DNA of 64,000 bases. It comes from Candidatus Undivivens industriae (GTDB taxonomy: Bacteria > Omnitrophota > Gorgyraeia > Gygaellales > Profunditerraquicolaceae). Shown here one piece after another: positions 26,301-34,153 of this stretch. The notes beneath the pieces were generated by a model, which had not been told where the DNA came from, ran no database searches, and saw nothing but the letters and a program-made list of their open reading frames with translations. Both the position numbers and the translations under genes were made by a program. Each line of letters starts with the position of its first letter. Positions within the stretch are counted from its first letter, which is position 1. The stretch is taken from assembly GCA_012514745.1 (NCBI GenBank), contig JAAYZR010000002.1:40962-104961 (forward strand), in the 5' to 3' direction.

Positions 26301-27637
26301 AACGGGAGATCATTCTTCTCCATCCTGCGTTATGGCCGGCCTTATCGTTCGCCTGCGGGATAGCGGCGGCTGTCCCGTTCACGCTTTGCTGTGTCTGCGC
26401 AGTGGCGGGGATTACCGTGATACTGCTGATGCGGGACAGGAACGCGGCGTGGTTCGCGGCAGTAATTACACTTTGTTTCTTCCTGGGCGGCGCCCGCGGC
26501 CGCGCCGGCGAGATGAGGCCGGCCGACGATTACCGGGGCCTGCTGCGGACGGGCAGGGAGATTTATCTGCTGCGAGGCCGGTTCCGCGGGGAGGCTGTCC
26601 GGCGCGGACGGGGATACCTGTTGGATATGAAATTGTCGGCTTTCTGCGCGGGCGGCGGGTGGCAATCGGCGTCCGGGACGGCTGTCGTGCTGACTCATTT
26701 TTACCCGGGACATTCTTCCGGCAGGGAGGCCGTATTAAAATGCCGCTATTCGCGGTTCAAACATTTTTCCCTCGACTCCGGGCGGGACCTGTGTTTTTTA
26801 TCCGGGGAGAAGAACGGCGGGTCTTTACGCGACAGGATTGGAGGATTATTGAATTACAAGCATACGCCGGCTGGAAAGGGGATAATCTCGGCCATGGTGC
26901 TGGGAGATAAACGCGGCATCCCGCCTCTCGTCAAGCGAACGATGCTGCGTACCGGCACTCTGCATCTGTTGGTGGTCAGCGGTTTCAACACCGGCCTGGT
27001 GGCTTTTTTCGCGCTTTTTTTGCTGAAAGCCGCGCGCGTGCCGAGAAAGGTCAGGATTCTTCTTGCCTGTTGCGCCGTGGCCGCGTATTGCCCGGCCACC
27101 GGAAGCGCGCCCCCGGTTTTCCGCGCCGCGGTGATGACCATCCTCCTGTTGTCCGCGTATCTTATGCGCAGGGAAGCCGTTTTGCTCAATCTGCTCGGCT
27201 GTGCCGCCGCGGTACTGCTGTTCTGCGATCCGCAGATGCTCTTCAGCGTCAGTTTCCAGCTCTCTTTTCTCAGCGTCTTTGCCATAGCCGTATTATGCCC
27301 CTTATTCCGTGCCCTTTCCGGCAACGCGGCCGCGGGCGGCAAATTACTGCGCTGGAGCAGGGAGGCGGGAATAACCGGTTTTTCCGCCTGGATAGGAACA
27401 TTACCGTTCGTATTGTTCTATTTCCGGCTCTTCTCCTGGGTGGCTGTGCCGGCGAACCTGCTGGCGGCTCCTCTAACTTCTTTGATTACTATCTGCGGCT
27501 TCTGTCAGATCATCAGCGTCCCCTTCCTGCCGCGTCTGGCCGGATATTTCGCTTTTATCTCCGACACCCTGATCACGGCTCTGGTTTCTCTGCTGGTTTT
27601 CCTGGAACGTTTCCCGGGCGCATGGCTTAAGATCTGA
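26297..27637 (+). CDS. comEC: ComEC/Rec2 competence membrane protein (start uncertain, possibly ATA 26297)
   Basis: AMVLGD, GTLHLLVVSGFN, PVFRAAVM, SFQLSF, PANL; no metallo-beta-lactamase domain. Confidence 0.88.
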   Translation: MKREIILLHPALWPALSFACGIAAAVPFTLCCVCAVAGITVILLMRDRNAAWFAAVITLCFFLGGARGRAGEMRPADDYRGLLRTGREIYLLRGRFRGEAVRRGRGYLLDMKLSAFCAGGGWQSASGTAVVLTHFYPGHSSGREAVLKCRYSRFKHFSLDSGRDLCFLSGEKNGGSLRDRIGGLLNYKHTPAGKGIISAMVLGDKRGIPPLVKRTMLRTGTLHLLVVSGFNTGLVAFFALFLLKAARVPRKVRILLACCAVAAYCPATGSAPPVFRAAVMTILLLSAYLMRREAVLLNLLGCAAAVLLFCDPQMLFSVSFQLSFLSVFAIAVLCPLFRALSGNAAAGGKLLRWSREAGITGFSAWIGTLPFVLFYFRLFSWVAVPANLLAAPLTSLITICGFCQIISVPFLPRLAGYFAFISDTLITALVSLLVFLERFPGAWLKI

Positions 27638-27681
27638 CGGGCCGGTTTTGTCCGACTCACCCGGAGGCCAGGTATTTCTTA

Positions 27682-27710
27682 TTGCGCTTCGCCGGGAAGG
27701 AGCATATAAT
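27682..27710 (+). promoter_or_regulatory. Probable sigma70 promoter of the GT/radical SAM cluster
   Basis: TTGCGC-17-TATAAT. Confidence 0.6.
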
Positions 27711-27757
27711 TAAAGTAACTTGGTTAAGGCGGATCAACTCTTTCAGGGACGGCGGCG

Positions 27758-28483
27758 GTGAAAAAGGTAGACAGTTTAAGCGTGGTTATTCCCATGTATA
27801 ATGAAGAGTATTACGCGCGAGAGGTCGTCGTTGAGGTCATTCGCGCCGTTTCTTCCGTCACTCCGCGCGGCGAAGTGATCGCCGTGGACGATCATAGTTC
27901 GGACGCCACCCCCGTAATACTTGAGAATCTCGTTTCCGGAGACAGCAGGATAAAAATGGTGTGCAACAGCCGCAGGCTAGGGCTGGGTGGCGCCCTGCTG
28001 GCGGGATTTGCGGCCGCCTCGAACTCGGCGGTTTTATATACCGACGCCGATTTTCCCTGCGATATGGGGAATATCCGCCGCGCCGTGGAACTTATGGAAA
28101 GAGAAGACGCCGATATAGTGTCCGCCTACCGGAGCGGATGCCTACGGGAAAGTTTTCACAGGTCGGTCTATTCATTCGTATTCAACGGGATAGTCAATCT
28201 TTTTTTCAATCCCGGGATAAAAGACGTCAATTTCTCCTTTAAATTGTTCGACCGCGAAAAACTGAACGCGTTGAGGATAGGTTCGAGAGGGTCATTTATC
28301 AATACAGAGATATTCGTTAAGGCGAAGCGGTCCGGATATAAGATAGCGCAGTTCCCGGCGCAGTATCTGCGGCGGACGAAAGGCGTCTCAAAACTTGATA
28401 ACTTCGGTAATATCTTCGGCATATTGCGCGAGATGGCTTGCTTCGCGGTATCCGAAAGGAAACGCCGTCCGTTCGATAGATGA
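27758..28483 (+). CDS. Glycosyltransferase family 2 (polyprenol-phosphate glycosyltransferase-like)
   Basis: SVVIPMYNEE, VDDHSSD, YTDAD, GVSK. Confidence 0.9.
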   Translation: MKKVDSLSVVIPMYNEEYYAREVVVEVIRAVSSVTPRGEVIAVDDHSSDATPVILENLVSGDSRIKMVCNSRRLGLGGALLAGFAAASNSAVLYTDADFPCDMGNIRRAVELMEREDADIVSAYRSGCLRESFHRSVYSFVFNGIVNLFFNPGIKDVNFSFKLFDREKLNALRIGSRGSFINTEIFVKAKRSGYKIAQFPAQYLRRTKGVSKLDNFGNIFGILREMACFAVSERKRRPFDR

Positions 28484-29136
28484 TAACCCGTGTTTTATCC
28501 GGCATCTCGCGTTATTCCGGTTTCTGGTCCGGGATATACTGCCGGCTGCGGTTATTGACCTGTCCCTTCGGCAGGATATCGGAATTTGTCCCGGCTCGGG
28601 GGCGTATTCTCGACCTGGGGTGCGGGGCCGGCGTATTCTCTTTTCTGCTTTCCGTTTCTTTGCCGTCGAGGCAGATAATCGCAATGGACTGCCGAGCGGA
28701 GAGGCTCCGGTCCTCGGCGCGCGTCGCGGAAGAGAACGGTTTCGGGGCGCTTTCTTTCGTGCAAGGGGATATCCTTTCTTTACCGTATCCCGGACCCGCG
28801 GATTGCATATTGCTGGTCGATGTCCTTTATCAACTGCCGTTCAAGCAAAAAACCGCCGTTATCAGGAAGTGTTATGAAACGCTGGCTAATGACGGGGTGT
28901 TGCTTGTCAAAGAGACCGACGCCGGACCGGGGTGGAAAGCCTTGTTCTGTTATCTGCAGGAAATGATGCTGGCGCGGTTGATAAAACTGAACCGGGGGCG
29001 CGTTGAACCTCTTGCCTGCGCCGCCTGGATGAAGCTGCTGGCGGAAGAAGGATTTTCCGCCGTCATGCGCAGAATAGACAAAGGATATCCGTATCCCCAT
29101 GTCCTTTTCGTGTGCCGTAAGACGGAGAGGGGATGA
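28480..29136 (+). CDS. Class I SAM-dependent methyltransferase
   Basis: ILDLGCGAG, GDILSL, VDVLY. Confidence 0.9.
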   Translation: MITRVLSGISRYSGFWSGIYCRLRLLTCPFGRISEFVPARGRILDLGCGAGVFSFLLSVSLPSRQIIAMDCRAERLRSSARVAEENGFGALSFVQGDILSLPYPGPADCILLVDVLYQLPFKQKTAVIRKCYETLANDGVLLVKETDAGPGWKALFCYLQEMMLARLIKLNRGRVEPLACAAWMKLLAEEGFSAVMRRIDKGYPYPHVLFVCRKTERG

Positions 29137-30527
29137 AGAAAATACTGCTTTTAAACCCGCCGTCTCCGCAGTTATGCGTGAGGGATTATTACTGCACTTT
29201 TTCGGCGAAAGCCGCCTACTGTTGGCCGCCGCAGGACCTGATTGCCTTAAGCGGCAGATTGAGCGGGGATTTCCGGGTTTCTTATTATGATCCCCATTCT
29301 CACGGAGACGACCGCCGCCGCAGCCTGGAATACGTGCTGTCCGGAGGTTTTCACGCCGTTATTTTTACCACAGGATCTCTTTATCTGGATGAGGATATTT
29401 CTTTCGTCAAGGCGGTTAAAGAGAGGCTGCCGGGAATTCTCATAGTCGCCAGCAGCGCCATTTTCCGTTCTATAGGCGAAGACATTATGAAAAAGAACCC
29501 TTTTATAGACGGCTTGCTCCTGGATTTTACCAATGATGACGCGCTTAAGTTCCTGCGCGGCGATTACGGCGGCATCTCCGGGATGTTCTTCAGGGACGGC
29601 GGCGGCGCGCTGCATTTGAAAGATAACGCCGGAACCGGAAGGTTCTCTTTCCCCGTCCCTCGTCACGAGCTTTTCAACGGGCGCCAGTACAGATTCCCTC
29701 CCGGGTTTTTTGACAAACGGGGCCCCTTCTTTACTACCGTCGCTTCCGCGGGCTGCCCTTTCAAGTGCGGCTTCTGCACTGCGGCCTCAGTGCCGTACAG
29801 CCGCAGGGACACAGGCAATATTATGGAGGAAATGGACTGGATATGGCGTAAGACCGATGTGCGCAACATCTTTTTCGCCGACTGCAGTTTTACGGCCGAT
29901 CCGGGCGCCGCCGTTGATCTATGCGGCAGGCTGTCCGCTCTTTACGGCGGGTCCCTGTGCTGGATCTGCAATTCCCGGGCGGAACCTCTTTTGGAGAAAG
30001 AGACTGTGCGTATGCTGCGCCGCGCCGGCTGCCGCATGGTAATGATAGGCGCCGAGAGCGGGGATGAACAAGTTTTAAAGCGGCACAATAAACGCGTTTC
30101 CCCTATGCAGGTATGCGAGGCCGTCGTCAACTGCAGAAGAGAAGGGATCCGCACGCTGGTGTATTTTATATTGGGGTTGCCCGGAGAGGACCAGGCGTCT
30201 TTCGCCAAGACCGCGGATTTTATCAAGGGATTGCGCTGTGATTTCATAAGCGTGAGCTTTGCCATGCCGGATTTCGGCACCGCCTTGCGGCAGGAGGCGC
30301 TGGCGCGCGGATTGTGCGAAGAGACCCCGGGAGGATGGGACCATTCAGGCCGTCCGTTCCTCAGCGGGGAGGAAGAGGGGCAAAGGCTGCTCGCGCAGAG
30401 AAAGTCGCTTTACAGGAGGTTTTATTTAAGGCCGGGCCGGCTTGTCCCACGTCTCTTGGGATACGCCGGTCAACTTAAGGCGGGGGATTTTCAGGAAGGG
30501 GTGAGAATATTAAAGAGCTGGTTGTGA
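29133..30527 (+). CDS. B12-binding-domain radical SAM protein (1)
   Basis: KILLLNPP N-terminus, GCPFKCGFC, IGAESG, YFILGLPGE. Confidence 0.9.
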   Translation: MKKILLLNPPSPQLCVRDYYCTFSAKAAYCWPPQDLIALSGRLSGDFRVSYYDPHSHGDDRRRSLEYVLSGGFHAVIFTTGSLYLDEDISFVKAVKERLPGILIVASSAIFRSIGEDIMKKNPFIDGLLLDFTNDDALKFLRGDYGGISGMFFRDGGGALHLKDNAGTGRFSFPVPRHELFNGRQYRFPPGFFDKRGPFFTTVASAGCPFKCGFCTAASVPYSRRDTGNIMEEMDWIWRKTDVRNIFFADCSFTADPGAAVDLCGRLSALYGGSLCWICNSRAEPLLEKETVRMLRRAGCRMVMIGAESGDEQVLKRHNKRVSPMQVCEAVVNCRREGIRTLVYFILGLPGEDQASFAKTADFIKGLRCDFISVSFAMPDFGTALRQEALARGLCEETPGGWDHSGRPFLSGEEEGQRLLAQRKSLYRRFYLRPGRLVPRLLGYAGQLKAGDFQEGVRILKSWL

Positions 30528-31372
30528 CAGCCGACGACTTCGGCCTTGCCCGGGGCATCAACCGCGGCATAATGGATTGCGTGGAAAGAGGAATAGTAAC
30601 TTCCGTTTCTTTATGCGTCAACGGCAGCGAATACGAAGAGGCGCTGGTTTTCTGCAGACGGTTCCCGGGCCTGGATGCCGGGTTGCATATCCTGCTTGTA
30701 GAAGGGGATGTTTTATCCTCCGCTTCCGCGGAGAGCGGTCTTTCCGACGGGGAAGGCCGTTTACCGGGAAATTGGGCCGCTTTCCTGCCGCGTTATTTTC
30801 TTCGCGGCATAAAACCCGGGGGGCTGGAGAAGGAAATAGGGGCCCAGTTCGATAAGATCTGCGGTTCAGGCATACGCGTGGTGCACGTCAACAGCCACCA
30901 GCATCTTCATATTCTCCCGGGCATACTGGAGATCGTTATAGACAATTGCAGGAAATACGGTATCAAGTATATTCGTGTCCCTTATTCGCGTCCCGGGCTG
31001 CACTGGCTGTCCGCCGGAATACGCAGGGTTTTCTGGCAGGCTATATTGAACCTATTTTGCGCGCGCGCGTTGCCCAAGATAAGAGCGGCCGGCCTGCTGG
31101 CCTGCGGTGAGACGACAGGCGTTCTTCATGCCGGCAGTATAAATATCCCCGTTCTGAAGCAAATAATAATTTCTCTTCAGGAAGGGCTCTCCGAGATAAT
31201 TTGTCATCCTGCTAGAGCCGGCAGGGAACTTTTCCTCCTTTACGGACATTGGGGTTATTCCTGGGATCAAGAAGCCGATTCGATGTGCTCCGGAGAGGCG
31301 AGGGAACTGTTGCAAGACAACGGCATTACCCTTTGCTCGTTCTCCGCCGCGGAGAGAGAAAATGAAGGATAG
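30509..31372 (+). CDS. YdjC/ChbG/HpnK/NaxD family carbohydrate deacetylase (start ATT 30509 or GTG 30524)
   Basis: TADDFG, GLH, HVNSHQHLH, EIICHP. Confidence 0.9.
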   Translation: MKELVVTADDFGLARGINRGIMDCVERGIVTSVSLCVNGSEYEEALVFCRRFPGLDAGLHILLVEGDVLSSASAESGLSDGEGRLPGNWAAFLPRYFLRGIKPGGLEKEIGAQFDKICGSGIRVVHVNSHQHLHILPGILEIVIDNCRKYGIKYIRVPYSRPGLHWLSAGIRRVFWQAILNLFCARALPKIRAAGLLACGETTGVLHAGSINIPVLKQIIISLQEGLSEIICHPARAGRELFLLYGHWGYSWDQEADSMCSGEARELLQDNGITLCSFSAAERENEG

Positions 31373-32786
31373 AAAACCGGCGGAGACGGCCCTTTTGATA
31401 TATCCTCCCACCGGTATATACGATCGCTTTGAACGCTGTCAGTCTCCCGTAGCATCGGAAAGCGTGAATATTGTCAGGCCTCCTCTCGACCTGGCTTATT
31501 TGGCGGCGGTGCTGGAGAGGCACGGTATTAGGGTTTTGATACGCGATTACCCGGCGGCAGGAAAGGGCTGGAAGGATGTAGAGAAAGATATCCGTTTGTT
31601 TTCCCCGGACATCTTACTTGTCAGCGCCACGTTGTTCACCTGCGGCTGCGACTGCCGCGCTTTTTCCGTTGCCAAAAGGCATAATAAAGATACCGTGTGC
31701 GTGTTGAAAGGGTTCTTTCCCGATGAAGGCCGGCAAGCTCTGTTTGCGACCGGAGAAATAGATTTCGTCCTCTGGGAAGAAGCGGAGTCCGCTCTGGAAG
31801 AGATGGTGAAAGGGACTCTGCCGCAGGATATTCCGGGAGTAGCTTTTCGCGAAAGAGGGGCGGTATCCGTGACAAGCCCGAATCCGAACCCGCAGGAGCT
31901 TGATTCTCTGCCGTTTCCCGCGCGGCATTTGCTGGATAACGGATTATACCGTATGCCGGATAACGGCAGAAAGATGGGTGTGGTGTTGGCCGGCAAGGGC
32001 TGTTTCGGAGAATGCGTGTTTTGTCTGGCGCCTCTGGTTAACGGCAGACGATTGCGCTTGCGCGGGCATGTTTCTTTGATCGAAGAACTGCGGGAATGCG
32101 TATATCGACACGGGATAAGGGATTTCTGGTTGCGCGCGGACAACTTTACCGCCGACAGAGAGTGGGTAATGCGGTTTTGTGCGGAGCTTTCCGGCAGCGG
32201 TCTGCCTGCGCGCTGGGCGGTAAACAGCCGCGCGGATTGTCTGGACAGGGAACTTGGGATGGCGATGAAACGGGCGGGTTGTTTTGCCGTCGGCATAGGC
32301 GCGGAGAGCGGCAGCGAAGATACACTGCGGATGATAAAAAAGAATATAACCAAAGAACAAGTGCGCCGCGCAGTCAATACCTGTAAAGAATGCGGACTGC
32401 AGGCGTATTTATTCTTTATAATAGGTTTCCCCTGGGAGACGAGAAAACATATAACGGAAACCGTGGACTTCGCGTGTGAATTGAAGGGCGACGTCGTGAA
32501 TTTCTCTTTTCCCGTCCCTTTCCGCGGCACCCCGCTGTCGGGAATATATGAGAGCCTGGGTCTGCGCGAGGATAACGCACGTTGCGATGTAAATAATTAC
32601 GGCCTGCCCCGGGGCGGGACGGCATATTTATCCGCGGCCGAGCTTATACAGGCCGAGAAAGCCGCGTACCGCAAGCTTTTTTTCAACCCGGAATATATCC
32701 TGGGGCGTCTGTCGCGTATCGGTTCGCCGCAGGAGTTGCTCCGGCATATCAGGGCGGCATGGCATTTATTGAAAATAAGCGTTTAA
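31362..32786 (+). CDS. B12-binding-domain radical SAM protein (2)
   Basis: LLIYPP, PPLDLAYLAA, LPFPAR, GCFGECVFC, GAESG, FIIGFPWET. Confidence 0.9.
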   Translation: MKDRKPAETALLIYPPTGIYDRFERCQSPVASESVNIVRPPLDLAYLAAVLERHGIRVLIRDYPAAGKGWKDVEKDIRLFSPDILLVSATLFTCGCDCRAFSVAKRHNKDTVCVLKGFFPDEGRQALFATGEIDFVLWEEAESALEEMVKGTLPQDIPGVAFRERGAVSVTSPNPNPQELDSLPFPARHLLDNGLYRMPDNGRKMGVVLAGKGCFGECVFCLAPLVNGRRLRLRGHVSLIEELRECVYRHGIRDFWLRADNFTADREWVMRFCAELSGSGLPARWAVNSRADCLDRELGMAMKRAGCFAVGIGAESGSEDTLRMIKKNITKEQVRRAVNTCKECGLQAYLFFIIGFPWETRKHITETVDFACELKGDVVNFSFPVPFRGTPLSGIYESLGLREDNARCDVNNYGLPRGGTAYLSAAELIQAEKAAYRKLFFNPEYILGRLSRIGSPQELLRHIRAAWHLLKISV

Positions 32787-32800
32787 AAGGTGATTCTGTT

Positions 32801-34114
32801 ATGAAGGACCTTCTTTTGATATTTCCTTCTCCGGGAGGCGGTAATTATATCAATACCTTTCCGCCTTTGGGTATTCTTTATTTGGCTTCTTTTCTGGAGA
32901 AAGAAGGTTTTTCCGTGGATGTCGTAGACTGCGCGGCGGATCCTTTCTCCGCGCGGCAGGCCGCCGGATACAAGACGGTCGGCGTAAGCCTGAACATCTC
33001 CAATGTGGAGAGCGGCACGGCTCTGCTTAACGAGATAAACCGGCTTTATCCCGCTGTGGAACTGGTTGTCGGAGGGCCGCTGCCGACCGTCTCCCCGGAA
33101 GTTTTCTTCCCGCTGCCTTTGAAAGCGATCTTCGTCTCCGAGGCAGAGGAGAGCCTTTTGGCGTATCTGCGCTATCCGGGAGAAGCGGACAACAAAGGAT
33201 ATTATTTCCGCGACGGCTCAGGGCGGTGGCGTTTCAACGGGAAGCGGCCGTATATAAAAGATCTGGACAAGCTGCCTTTTCCGGCTTTGAACAAGCTGGA
33301 CATCGGGAAATATTATACTCCCGTCAGGCGTTCCGCTCCGGTGTCGGCGTTGATATCTTCCCGCGGCTGTCCGTTCGAGTGCGGTTTCTGCTGCCACGTG
33401 CTCGGGGAAGAATACCGGGCGAGGTCGGCGGAAAACGTGGTGGATGAAATAGAGTGGCAGGTAAAGGAAATCGGCACGAGGGAGATCGCGTTATACGACG
33501 ATAACTTTACCCTGGACCGTGGGCGGGTTATGGAGATCTGCCTGCGGCTCCTGCATAGAAAGATCAAGGTGTCTTTACAGCTCACCAACGGCGTAAGAGC
33601 CGATACTCTTGACGAAGAGCTGCTGCGGACGATGAAATCAGCCGGAGTCTGGATGATCGCGCTTGCGCCGGAGAGCGGAAGCGGGGCCACGCTGGCGAGA
33701 ATACACAAGAGGTTTGCCGCGCGCGAGGTGGAGAAGGGGCTGTCTTTATGCCGCCGCCTGGGCATAAACACCTGGGTTTTTTTCATTCTCGGATTTCCCT
33801 GGGAGAAAGAAGCAGATTTCGCCGCGACTGTGAAGGCGGCCTGTTCGACAGATGCCGATATGGTGCATTTTTCCAGATTTGTGCCGCTGCCGGGCACGCC
33901 GCTTTATGCTCTTTCCTGTCCGGGGATCCCGTCACAAGGGATGCGGGACGCCGATCTGTTTTCCGCCTCGGGCCGGAGCGCCCTTACGGCGCGCGCCTAC
34001 AGAAGCGTTTATCTCAGGCATCCGCTCAGACTGCTGCGGCTGTTGCGGATATGTCCTTTTCTTGATATATTCAGGTTGATACTGCATGCTTTCAAAACAA
34101 GGAATGTATTCTGA
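32801..34114 (+). CDS. B12-binding-domain radical SAM protein (3)
   Basis: PPLGILYLAS, VVGGP, SSRGCPFECGFC, DDNF, APESG. Confidence 0.9.
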   Translation: MKDLLLIFPSPGGGNYINTFPPLGILYLASFLEKEGFSVDVVDCAADPFSARQAAGYKTVGVSLNISNVESGTALLNEINRLYPAVELVVGGPLPTVSPEVFFPLPLKAIFVSEAEESLLAYLRYPGEADNKGYYFRDGSGRWRFNGKRPYIKDLDKLPFPALNKLDIGKYYTPVRRSAPVSALISSRGCPFECGFCCHVLGEEYRARSAENVVDEIEWQVKEIGTREIALYDDNFTLDRGRVMEICLRLLHRKIKVSLQLTNGVRADTLDEELLRTMKSAGVWMIALAPESGSGATLARIHKRFAAREVEKGLSLCRRLGINTWVFFILGFPWEKEADFAATVKAACSTDADMVHFSRFVPLPGTPLYALSCPGIPSQGMRDADLFSASGRSALTARAYRSVYLRHPLRLLRLLRICPFLDIFRLILHAFKTRNVF

Positions 34115-34153
34115 GCCGCGGCCCGGCTTCAGCCGGGTTGGACGCTCCGGAGG

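Noticed and set aside
27758-34114. Hopanoid hpnIJK operon
   Set aside because: No shc, hpnH or hpnG is nearby, the GT2 is the short polyprenol-phosphate type, and a GT-C protein is present. Kept only as an analogy.
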